A stretch of DNA of 64,000 nucleotides from a virus, in IMG/VR virus record IMGVR_UViG_3300030419_006105, positions 52,367 to 116,366 of that record. One strand, 5' to 3'. Of this stretch, positions 48,823 to 59,600 are shown piece by piece; position 1 is the first letter of the stretch; every line of letters begins with the position of its first letter. A program made the position numbers and the translations under genes. The notes beneath the pieces were generated by a model. The model was not told where the DNA came from and ran no database searches. It worked only from the letters and a program-made list of their open reading frames with translations.

Positions 48823-51170
48823 CAATAGATTTAAATACAACCAACCCATTAACATTTCTTGAATGGAAAGGATATTATGAAGATATTTCTGATGCATCTG
48901 AATTATCTATTAAGTATAATAACTATTTGATTGAATGGAAAGATCAAAAACAAATTAATACTAATGCTGATAATGATTATACTAGAAAAATATATGTACA
49001 GTTTTTAGAGAATTTAAATTTATCATCTTTAGATTCAAATGTAGCAGCATTTATTGAAAGAATAGATACAGATGATATATACGAACTAGAATTATCTGTT
49101 TTTTACTTTGTAGAAGTAATACAGAATCAATTAAAAAATGTTAGGGAATTAAGAGAAGAAGTTAAATTTGCTACCCCTAAAAATAAATTAAAAACATCAA
49201 GACTAGGTATTGAAAAATATATTAAAAATTATATTTCTAGATTACTAAACAATAACGAGTTTATTAAAGAAGGTACAGATACATTAATTCATGAGATTAA
49301 TTTACCAAAAATTGCGAATAATATAAAAATAGGATTAAAGAACTATGTTACAGATAATTTTATCTATGATATTCACTCAGTAGATAAAGACTTAGTTTTA
49401 AATCTCGCACGGAAAGTATGGAACGAGTCTTACCATAAAAAAGGTGATCCACAAAAAATAATACAATTACTATCTATTAATAAAGACGGGAAACAATTAC
49501 AAGTACGAACAAATTGTATATCCACACCAGATAGTATGATCAGTATTAATGATACATACACAGATTATAAAAGACTACCTGGAAGATATTTTAGAGGAGA
49601 AGAAAAAACATTATCAAACTTAATATGGACTCATGAAAAAGATTTAGTAGAAAAATATATAGCTAATGATTTATATCATTTTGAAGGTAATAAACAAGGT
49701 GCTATAATAGGTCAAATATTTGGAACTACTAATCCAACAAATAATTTAACTCAAAGATATGGGCCAAATTTATTTAGCGATGCAGTAGATTTTAAACATA
49801 CAGATATATATCCATATCAATTATCATATAAAAATACTGGTACAACAAATTTTTATTCAAGAGGCTTAACATTTAATGTAAACTTATCTGCATTTAAAGG
49901 AAGAGAATATCTAATACCTAATCCGTATAAATACGAACCAGGTATGAAAGCTGTAGGTTATATTAAAAATAGTAGAACTGGTGAAATACTTCGTAATATT
50001 AAATTAAAACAAAACTTACCATTAATTTTTACAGCAAAAACAAATGTGTATAAAAATGAAAACCAGAAATCATCTATAGAATTTTATGATAATAAACTAT
50101 TACGTAATTATGGATATCAAAGTCTAGAAAATAGTTTAGAATATTCTACTGCAGGTATTAATAAGAGAGAAGATAATATTAGTTTTTGGGAAGATGAAAT
50201 AGGGCATATAGATTGGAAGAATACTGATACATATCCGATTAGTGTGTTAAATATATATCCAGAATCTTCAAGACTCACAGATCTATTAATAACCAACAAA
50301 ACTGGCATTAAATTACGGAGCGATGTATATGGTAATGAGTTTTATTTTATAAAGCCAGTATACCCAAAGAGAAAAGCAGGAACAGCATATTATGAAGCAG
50401 AGTCATCCTCAACAGATACAAGTTGTACAACGGCTGCAGAATATTACGATGCATTATATTTCACTCCACTACTAGAAGCTCTAACAGCTCAAGCTTTAAT
50501 AGGTGGTACTACATATACTGATGTAACAGGAGTATATGATGAATTTGTTGTAAGTAATACTACATTATGCTCTAGTGTATCTGATGGGTTTGCAGCTCCA
50601 TTAACAGATCATTATGCTATAAGTGGTACTCATATATTTCATACGAACACAGCTTTTTCATGTTCTGATTTACATACAATAGCACTATCTTGTGGTTCAG
50701 TATCCGCTGTATCTGCTATTGACGGTGGACCGTTTTGTAATCATCCAGGTACATCAACAGATTTATTAGTCGATTATTTTACAGATACTACAGTACCTTA
50801 TTATTCAATTGCATTATCTGCTATATATTCAAGTATTACAACTACATATGAAGCATCAGCAACTAATAATCCAACAACTTCTCCTGTAAGATTATTTGAT
50901 CAACAATTTATTAGCGCTGGAGAAATTTATGTAAGGAACGTACATTCGCAGACAGTTGATCCATTATCTACAGCTTTTGTAAATGTGTTTAATAAGCATT
51001 CATCTGGTGATACGAAATCTAATATATTATCAACAAGTAATATTTTAGATTTTGATATTATTGAAGATACAATAGTTGTACAGACATCAGCTGAAACTGT
51101 AACAGAAAGATACAAATTTGAAGATGGATTGTTTAAAGTTAAAGTTAGTTCGAAATCTATAGTAACTTAG
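48819..51170 (+). CDS. Large putative virion/baseplate protein
   Basis: 783-aa ORF in the structural operon with a Ser/Thr-rich C-terminus. Confidence 0.65.
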   Translation: MTIDLNTTNPLTFLEWKGYYEDISDASELSIKYNNYLIEWKDQKQINTNADNDYTRKIYVQFLENLNLSSLDSNVAAFIERIDTDDIYELELSVFYFVEVIQNQLKNVRELREEVKFATPKNKLKTSRLGIEKYIKNYISRLLNNNEFIKEGTDTLIHEINLPKIANNIKIGLKNYVTDNFIYDIHSVDKDLVLNLARKVWNESYHKKGDPQKIIQLLSINKDGKQLQVRTNCISTPDSMISINDTYTDYKRLPGRYFRGEEKTLSNLIWTHEKDLVEKYIANDLYHFEGNKQGAIIGQIFGTTNPTNNLTQRYGPNLFSDAVDFKHTDIYPYQLSYKNTGTTNFYSRGLTFNVNLSAFKGREYLIPNPYKYEPGMKAVGYIKNSRTGEILRNIKLKQNLPLIFTAKTNVYKNENQKSSIEFYDNKLLRNYGYQSLENSLEYSTAGINKREDNISFWEDEIGHIDWKNTDTYPISVLNIYPESSRLTDLLITNKTGIKLRSDVYGNEFYFIKPVYPKRKAGTAYYEAESSSTDTSCTTAAEYYDALYFTPLLEALTAQALIGGTTYTDVTGVYDEFVVSNTTLCSSVSDGFAAPLTDHYAISGTHIFHTNTAFSCSDLHTIALSCGSVSAVSAIDGGPFCNHPGTSTDLLVDYFTDTTVPYYSIALSAIYSSITTTYEASATNNPTTSPVRLFDQQFISAGEIYVRNVHSQTVDPLSTAFVNVFNKHSSGDTKSNILSTSNILDFDIIEDTIVVQTSAETVTERYKFEDGLFKVKVSSKSIVT

Positions 51171-51182
51171 TAAATATTTTAT

Positions 51183-54100
51183 ATGCCTTTTAGTACAAAA
51201 CAATCAGATGTATATTACAACGATGAGACTAAAGAACTGTTTGTTTGTACTGTAAGTTCTGTGTCAGCAGATCGCTGCCCGGGTTCTAGTGATGAAGCTG
51301 TACAAGGAGCACTTCCTATTATATATAAAATTGACAAAGAAACAAACTATAAAAAATGTGTTTATCCAAGAAATCTAGAAACAATACGAACAGATGAAAA
51401 GTCTGATTTATATAAATTAACTGCCCCTTGTTCAGAGGGCACAGATTTTGATTCAATAACAAAACCACTTATTAATTATAATAAACGTAATTCAAGATAC
51501 TCGGTCACATTTTTAGGAAGATATACAGATGATGGAGATGGTTTAAGTGTTAATAACTATATATTTGAAGATATAAATTCTGATTTTTATTTATTAGACG
51601 CTAAAACATATATTCCTAAAGATAAATTTACTAATAATTTATTTACATTTGAAAACGGACATATAAATTCAGATTTATATATTGTAGGTAATACCATACG
51701 TAACGGTCGACCATCATGGTTTAATCCATCTGATGGAGTTGAAATTGAAAGATCTCCTGATTATCAAATTGCCCCTATGTATGTCCAAGCTACAAGCAGC
51801 TTAGGTTTTAATTTAATACTAGATAATAAAGATGTAACTATTGATGCTCTTTCTGGGGATGTAGCATTTCCAATGTTATATAGTGGTGGTTTTATAACAT
51901 ACAATCCAAAGTATGTTGCATTTGACCCTCAATACACAATAAGAGTTGATTTTAGAGCTCGATCTTTTACTGTACCTAGTCCTACAGCATACGGTGGCAC
52001 TCAATCTGTAGGTAACAGTGCTACTAGATGGATACAACAATGGGCACCAGCCGGCGCTGGTGAAGGATTTTGTCTATCATTCTTTAAAAATCCAGAAACA
52101 GATCATTACGTTATACCTAATGGTATTGGTTCTACTTTAGGGTATGCAGAAGCAAACTTTAGTTCTAATGAGGTAGCTGGTACTGCACAATCGACAATTG
52201 GGTTATTTAAAAGAAAAGATTGGTCACCAAATACTGGTTATGAAAATGTAGGTAACATAGGTAACGGATCACCAGCTGATAGTTTAATAGGAGTTGGTTT
52301 TGATATTGGTGGTAATTTCGCTTCAACGTCAGAAGAAAAAAATGGATGGTTCGACGGTACTTCATATACTGCAACTCCTTGCTCAGTAGGTATACGAGGT
52401 AGTGCATATCATGGTACACAAGTATTAACTTCAGTAGCTATGAGTGCAGTTGGTAATACTGTACCAATGCATACATCAGCAGTTTCAGCAGAATTTGTAG
52501 ATTATAGAATAGATCTAACTAATAAAGGTACTAAGGTAACTGTATATAATAAGCTTACAAGCGCAACAGACTATAATACAATTTTAGAATTTAGATTAAA
52601 TGTTAACACTAATACAAACGCAAACGGAGAAAGTTATGATACATGGAAAGGAATGCGGAGTATACTAGAACGTAGGGATAATTTACTACCACCTTTAAAT
52701 GTTGGACTATCATATACTACAAGTGATAAATCTGCTAACTTCGAATTACATAAATTTGAAGTTACTGGTGTAAAAATAACTAAGCCATGGAATAAGAAAA
52801 AGATAGATGAGATAGAAGAACCTAAGAAAACTAAGATTGATTATTTACAAGAATCATCTAAGAACCTTCGTAAAAAATTAGTTAATGTTGAATCAGATGA
52901 TCCTGTTGATGTAGAAATGGTAGTACCAGCGAAACAGGTAATATCATCTACCTTAAATGAAGATCAATATAAACCGCATATTACATTATGTGAAGGTTCT
53001 GAACCAGAATATGTAGAACAAGATGTTGATATTAAAATTACAGGAATAAAACCTGAGCAAGTTGACAAAACAATTGAAGTCGCTAGAACTGGTCATATAC
53101 CTAAGATACCAGAATCTCCGACAATAATTAAAAACTTTAAACCAGCTCTCGAATTAGAAAATATAGATGTATCTGGTGGAGACTTCCATATAAAGGTCGA
53201 AGATGATATATGGGATACATATTTAAAATGTAGATATTCTGATAAGAAAATACGATATAAAGTTGCTGATGATACATCTGGATCATTTTCTATTTTAGAA
53301 AGAGGAGGCCAAGCCGCATCAGAGGTAATAACAGCCGCCGGTCAGGGTAATAAAATGCAGTTCCAAGACGAGGAACCAGATCCAATTACCATGGGTGGTA
53401 GAGGTGGTCAAGCTGCTGCATCTAACCAACAGCTGAATATAGCAAAACAAGGTAACCTCAAAGCTTTATATCACGAAGGTCGCCTTGCATGGGGCAGACT
53501 ATATGTAAATAGTAAATATAGTATTTTTGTAAGAACTGTTGTATTAGATAATTTTATAAACGGAGATGATTATAATGACTGGTATGGAAGAACTGTAAAA
53601 ATGAAACATGCTAGATCTGGTAGGTCATCTGAACAACAAGACCATGCAGACGGTATAATGGGTTCTATTGCTAAAGCATTCTTAGAAGCAGATATTGTTG
53701 GTCAACAAATAAAAATTTGGAATAAAGAAGGTGTAAAAAAGAAAGATAGAACATATAACTGGGTTTTAAATTTCGACCCAGCACACCCAAGTCCACCAGA
53801 TAAAATGAATGAATTATTAACTCGTACACACCCTGATACTGATTATCCTATAATTGGTATAGATGCAAGAAACTGGGTTGATAATTTTAAGAAGATTGGG
53901 TTTACACATATACCAAGCGCAAACCTAAGAAATAATACCCTAACCCCGATACCGAATATACCTGGTATTGGTGAAGACTTTGTATGTAAAGCAAAATGGG
54001 ATATACCAGAAGATGGACCAGATGAAGATCATAAAGGTGTAGATGATTATTATTCTCTTACCGAAGGTGCAAAAAATATGGCTGAGACTATGGTATCTAA

Positions 54101-54614
54101 CTACAACAAAGCAGTAGCTGATGAAGAAGCAGGTATACCACCTAAGGAAGAAACTGCTGGTGGACAAGCAACGACTAGCGATATGAAAACAGGTGGCGAG
54201 TTAGCAGCTGGAAGGGATTCCAGTTGGATAAAAGCCACAGGTCTTACGAAATACAGTGAACACGGAAATTATCAACATGGAACTCAAACAGGTGGTACTA
54301 CATCATCAGGAACAGGAGTAGCTGGGAATGTTAGTGACATTGGAGATAGTGAAGGTCGCCCACCAGGCTGGAATGAAAATCTATCACCTAATACAACTGG
54401 AAAAACAGAATCAGGCACAGCTGGTGAAATTACAACACTTGACAGTAAAAGTCTAAATTTAACTAATCCCGCTCCAAAACCAGATGCTGGTTCAACCACA
54501 GGTGGTAAAAAAGCAGGTGGATCTAATACAACTAAAGGTGGTAATCTAAAAAGTAAACCTACAGATAAAGGTACGAAGAACACGTGGTCGTTAGAAGGCG
54601 GCGAGCCAGAATAA
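51183..54614 (+). CDS. Putative adsorption protein with legume (L-type) lectin-like domain
   Basis: GAGEGFCLSF...GSTLGY...GVGFD...YRIDL...LNVGLSYTT pattern and a low-complexity Gly/Thr/Lys tail. Confidence 0.65.
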   Translation: MPFSTKQSDVYYNDETKELFVCTVSSVSADRCPGSSDEAVQGALPIIYKIDKETNYKKCVYPRNLETIRTDEKSDLYKLTAPCSEGTDFDSITKPLINYNKRNSRYSVTFLGRYTDDGDGLSVNNYIFEDINSDFYLLDAKTYIPKDKFTNNLFTFENGHINSDLYIVGNTIRNGRPSWFNPSDGVEIERSPDYQIAPMYVQATSSLGFNLILDNKDVTIDALSGDVAFPMLYSGGFITYNPKYVAFDPQYTIRVDFRARSFTVPSPTAYGGTQSVGNSATRWIQQWAPAGAGEGFCLSFFKNPETDHYVIPNGIGSTLGYAEANFSSNEVAGTAQSTIGLFKRKDWSPNTGYENVGNIGNGSPADSLIGVGFDIGGNFASTSEEKNGWFDGTSYTATPCSVGIRGSAYHGTQVLTSVAMSAVGNTVPMHTSAVSAEFVDYRIDLTNKGTKVTVYNKLTSATDYNTILEFRLNVNTNTNANGESYDTWKGMRSILERRDNLLPPLNVGLSYTTSDKSANFELHKFEVTGVKITKPWNKKKIDEIEEPKKTKIDYLQESSKNLRKKLVNVESDDPVDVEMVVPAKQVISSTLNEDQYKPHITLCEGSEPEYVEQDVDIKITGIKPEQVDKTIEVARTGHIPKIPESPTIIKNFKPALELENIDVSGGDFHIKVEDDIWDTYLKCRYSDKKIRYKVADDTSGSFSILERGGQAASEVITAAGQGNKMQFQDEEPDPITMGGRGGQAAASNQQLNIAKQGNLKALYHEGRLAWGRLYVNSKYSIFVRTVVLDNFINGDDYNDWYGRTVKMKHARSGRSSEQQDHADGIMGSIAKAFLEADIVGQQIKIWNKEGVKKKDRTYNWVLNFDPAHPSPPDKMNELLTRTHPDTDYPIIGIDARNWVDNFKKIGFTHIPSANLRNNTLTPIPNIPGIGEDFVCKAKWDIPEDGPDEDHKGVDDYYSLTEGAKNMAETMVSNYNKAVADEEAGIPPKEETAGGQATTSDMKTGGELAAGRDSSWIKATGLTKYSEHGNYQHGTQTGGTTSSGTGVAGNVSDIGDSEGRPPGWNENLSPNTTGKTESGTAGEITTLDSKSLNLTNPAPKPDAGSTTGGKKAGGSNTTKGGNLKSKPTDKGTKNTWSLEGGEPE

Positions 54615-54615
54615 T

Positions 54616-55704
54616 ATGAATACGTACACATATACAGTAACAGCAACACCAGCAGCCACAGGAGGTACAAAGACTAAATCACAGTCTTTAACTGGTACTA
54701 CTAACGTTACGTTTTCATTGTCTGGACTAAATGCTGGTTATGAAGTTAACAACAATTATAAAATAAATAAAGTTGTTGTAGATTTTGATGACGGTGAAGA
54801 ATTAGTTGTAACAAGAGCATTATCTGGAACAACTGTTCCTTCATTAACAGGTGAAACATTTGAGCATGTAATACAAACAGATTTTACTGAAAAATCAGAC
54901 AGACATATATACTTTACAATTTATAGAGATGATCAACAAGTAGATGTAATAGATGTAAAGTTTAAAATGTATAAACCACCTATTGCTACATATGAAGATG
55001 TTAATCTACTTAAAACAGATTACTTTAATAATGATGAAGACAATGAGAAGGTGTTACTGACTTTTATTAATAAGAACCCTGAAGTTTTAGGATTAAGTCT
55101 ATTAGATTTAGATATACCTGGAAAATCTGGTTATGATCCAACTCTATCTACAACAAGTGAAAGTGTAAGTGTACAACAATTTAACATAGGATTTACAACT
55201 GAGTATGTCAATGTACATGCCTCTGAATCTAATACTGGTAATGCTGTTCAAGTTCAATTAGGTAATACTATTGATGCAAATACAGGTCTACCAAAAGAAA
55301 ATGCAAAAGTATCATTTAAATATAGAACACGAGCCGCAGCGTCTATTGAATCTGGTACTAGCCCAGGAGTAATAAACTTACCTAATAACCCAGAGTTATA
55401 TTATATACCACTAACTGCTAATTCTAGTTTCATCCACTTAAGTGGATTTTTAACTTGGAATTGTAACGATTTATTAAAAGATTTAGATTTAAGTACTAAA
55501 ACCATAACAATACCTCTTATAGATATTACAGGAACAAAAACATCATTAACAGATTACTATTTCACAAATGTTGGTGTTGGTGTAGGAACATCTATGACTG
55601 GGATTGCTTCTGGTGGGTATTTTTACGTAGATTTATATGATGTTAGCGGATGCGACTCATTGACAACAACAACAAGTACAATTACAGCGTTTGTAAATTA
55701 CTAA
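54616..55704 (+). CDS. Putative virion protein
   Basis: Thr/Ser-rich beta-type ORF in the structural operon. Confidence 0.65.
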   Translation: MNTYTYTVTATPAATGGTKTKSQSLTGTTNVTFSLSGLNAGYEVNNNYKINKVVVDFDDGEELVVTRALSGTTVPSLTGETFEHVIQTDFTEKSDRHIYFTIYRDDQQVDVIDVKFKMYKPPIATYEDVNLLKTDYFNNDEDNEKVLLTFINKNPEVLGLSLLDLDIPGKSGYDPTLSTTSESVSVQQFNIGFTTEYVNVHASESNTGNAVQVQLGNTIDANTGLPKENAKVSFKYRTRAAASIESGTSPGVINLPNNPELYYIPLTANSSFIHLSGFLTWNCNDLLKDLDLSTKTITIPLIDITGTKTSLTDYYFTNVGVGVGTSMTGIASGGYFYVDLYDVSGCDSLTTTTSTITAFVNY

Positions 55705-55722
55705 TAGGAATTAAATAATTAT

Positions 55723-56607
55723 ATGGCCATAGAAGACGAAATCATTAATATTTCTGATATAGATGTAGGTACGGAAATACTCAACAACGATAAGATCATT
55801 ATTGAAACCAATAATGGCACCAAACTACTAGCCTTTAAAGACTTTGTAATTGGTGAAGACAACATAACATTTAAAGACAAACTAATTCAAGGTCGTGACG
55901 AAACCGGTGCTGTTACATCTACAGTATTTACCACAGTCACTGGTTTTGATATACTAACAAAAGATTCATCGGCTGGCCATATAACGACGTATCAAGATGT
56001 TAGTGGGTCTATAGGACTAACACAGTTTAATTTTAACGCTGTGTCTCATTTAGCTACATTATCTGGAATGACTGAACGACATGAAGGTGAGATTGCTAAT
56101 TTAAAATCTCAACTATCACAAATTAATACTACATTTACAAGTTCAAGTGCTTTAAGTACAACTAAGCTAACATTATCAGCTACTAATTTTAAAGCAACTA
56201 TGCATGGTAGATCTCAGAATATGAGATATATAGGATTTAGTAAATGGGATTTGAATCCAACTGATTATAATCCATCGGTAACTGCTTCTATTAATCCGTT
56301 TAAAATAACATATCCTACAGACGGGTCATTTAATGCTGGATGGGTACAATTTATAGGTCTACTAGACGGGAGAAGCCCGAGTACTTCTAGATTTGAAGCT
56401 TCAATATATAGAGCTAGACCAGGTTCTTCACAGGGTGACAAAATTTTCACAACTAATTGGCGACAATCTTCTGGATCAGGAGGGAGTGCAATTCAAACAT
56501 TCAATCACTTAGAATGGATTGAACCAGGAGACACAATAACAATATCATCTGGTGAGAAACGAATGTATGGAGCTGGTTCATATTTTTCAGGAGTAAAACT
56601 AGGATAA
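55723..56607 (+). CDS. Putative short fibre protein (coiled coil plus C1q/TNF-like head)
   Basis: INISDI...NDKIIIET..GTK fibre-type N-terminus, short coiled coil, and C-terminal GDTITI...SYFSGVKL. Confidence 0.55.
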   Translation: MAIEDEIINISDIDVGTEILNNDKIIIETNNGTKLLAFKDFVIGEDNITFKDKLIQGRDETGAVTSTVFTTVTGFDILTKDSSAGHITTYQDVSGSIGLTQFNFNAVSHLATLSGMTERHEGEIANLKSQLSQINTTFTSSSALSTTKLTLSATNFKATMHGRSQNMRYIGFSKWDLNPTDYNPSVTASINPFKITYPTDGSFNAGWVQFIGLLDGRSPSTSRFEASIYRARPGSSQGDKIFTTNWRQSSGSGGSAIQTFNHLEWIEPGDTITISSGEKRMYGAGSYFSGVKLG

Positions 56608-56622
56608 AATAGTGTTTAAGAA

Positions 56623-59600
56623 ATGAAGATTAATTCTATAGACACCGAAAACATTATACCAGTTGAGTATAGCCATACTCACGATGCAAAGATTGTGTTT
56701 CGTAAATATAGAGAGAACTTCGACTTTGGTTTAACTGTTGATCAATACTATTTTAACCAAGATGTAAAAGATAAAAAAACCAATTACAATACTCAATATA
56801 CTCTTACTAATTTACATCCACTTTCTACAGTTGCAGAATTAGATATACCATTTACTAAAGATGCAGTGGATGTGTTTTCATCAACAATACGTAACGATGG
56901 AAAATATTTAAAAAATGTTTACACTAATAAAGATGCGTTAAGTGGAGTATCAGCTATATTCGTCGCTGCGTCTCAATTTACTGATACAGTTGGTTCCGCA
57001 CTAGGTGCTGATGGTGGTGGTAACACAACACAAGTAGGTAATTTAAGTAGTCAGTTTTTATATACATTTACATTAACTAGTGTATCAGCAGATAACGAAC
57101 AAAAGGTAGAAGATAGAATAATAGTTAGTCAAGAGTATGATTCAGTAACTTGGTACTTACAAGCTATAAATGGTCTTAATATAGATGCAGCTGATGTATC
57201 ACCTACGTCAGCTCAATCTGCATCCAGACTCACTATACCATGGACATCAGATGGACCAGCTGGTTGTTATTTTAGATATGCTTTAGAAGATAATAAAATA
57301 AGTTTATTAAACCCTACTAATGCAGGTAGAGTATGTAACGCACTTGACAATTTAAGTGTATCAGCATCTCCTGGTAATTTTACTTCAGCAGCAGCTCTAA
57401 GTACATCATACTTCGATATTACTAGGAATGTATTAACTAAAAACTTTAAACATATTCCAAATAGCTATACTAAATACACTTCATCTTTTAATACAGATAC
57501 AGTCGATTTAAATACATCAACTGTTGTCGATCATATTAGTAATAATTATTTTGTGTTTACTAATAACTATAATTTTTATTATAACAAAAGTATTAGTAAT
57601 GAAAATAAAATTAAATCTCATGCTGACTTTTTTCCGTTAAAAAACCAAGCTACATTACATGAATATTATTCAGAAAATAATCACTTTAATTCTGAACCTG
57701 GTTATCTAAATCGAATTTATGAAAAGGTAAATGCAGGAACAAACCAACAACGCGGTTATGATAAGATAGGTTTATCATACAACATTGGTACATATGATGT
57801 TGTATTTAAACCTAATAAGTTAACTTATTTTACTACACCTAATTCTATATCACCATATACTATTCTAAACATTAAAGATTCTAAATTAGAAAATATTGGA
57901 TCTGTAGCTGGTGATAACCCACTAATGTCTGACAAAGTATTTAAACGTAGGGAAACTGTAAAAAGTAATTCTTTTAGTAATGACATTGACCCAGTGTATC
58001 TATGTAGTTGGTTGTCAGGTAGTAGTACTGGAGAAAGAATGTGGGTTGACAGATATTATAATCCTAATATTACTAACTTTACAAATGCATTAACAGGTAC
58101 TTCTTATTATAGTGTAATAACAGCTGCAGGTGCAGAAACATCACAAACATTTGATGTATCATCCTGTCTAACATTTGAACCTAATAATGATTATATTTTT
58201 TATCACGTAGGAGATAACGATTACGAAAACTTATTTAAAGCATATAATACAAAATATAATGTTGCTTCAGCTTTACCACTAGATGCAACAGACGTAGAAC
58301 GAACCAATCATACAGGTGTACAATATATGAATTTTAAAGGTGTACCATTGCAACCTTATAAATTTAAACAAGAAGATGAAATTATTTTAGATGGAGAGTC
58401 GTTTGGTAGATTTAAAACAGATATTACTGGTGACTTTAGTACAGGTTTTTGGATGTATACAGAAAACAATACTTTACCGTTTGCATACCAAATAGTAGGT
58501 AATTATTTTGATGAAGGTTTCGGAATATTTAACACAGACTTAGTTACCCCAAATATTATATTACCAGTCGAAAATACAGAATCTGGTAACATAAGTAAAC
58601 TATTATTTTTAAATAATGACTTTGAAATATATGATGAAGTTGTTGTAAAAGACGGTAATGTTGAAATTGAAATTATAGGTATAGGACGTAAAGATAATTT
58701 CTCAGAATTTTATGTACTAGGTAGACATCCTGATTATGTTGGTCCTATTATATATGTTTATAATGCTAATAATAATTTAATTAGTCAAGTCGAAGACTTA
58801 AAAGACACACCTGTAAGTGAAGGCATTATAGACGATTTTGAAGTTGGAGAAGAAAGAGTACATGTACTGTTTAATCCTGTAACAGAGAAAAATTTCTTTA
58901 CATATAATACTAATACAAACCAGACTAACAGTATTTTAAATAGTGTTAGTGCTGATACTAAAGGTGAAAAGGGAAAAATAATTGATAGAGCTACTGGTGA
59001 AACAATATATAAAGTAGATGCTGATAATGGTTTCGGGAATGAAATATCGTTTGACAATGATAATAAGCCATATGTAATTAGAAGAAGTAGTCCTACATCG
59101 GCAGGAGATTTACGAAACTATTTACAAAAAAATGCACAAACATTTTTTGAACCGACTAGCTCTCATGATACAAGTAACAATCTTATTACATCCGGTTTAG
59201 ATAAAAAATCTAGAGTTAACGGAGTACAAATAGATGATGAAAATAATATAATTGTATTACATGATAATAATATTATTTCTATACTCGATAATGACCGAAT
59301 ACTACAAAGAAGTAGAGAGTTCTGTGACTTAAAAAATTCAACATTCGAACAATCATATATTGATTTAATATATGATTTTGAAAACGGTGTATATAAAAAG
59401 TATATTTTATTTATTCAAGAGCGAGGTCTTGGATTTAGATTAACTAAATTAGATGAAAAATTAACTATAATTTATAGTAAACGTTTTACAAATCTTAATT
59501 TAGGTAGTTTAGAATTAACTAAATCTGTTACATCGTTTTATTATCTTCGTAAAATAGGAGCCAATAAAAATAGATTTAAAGTAGTATTAAAAACAAAACC

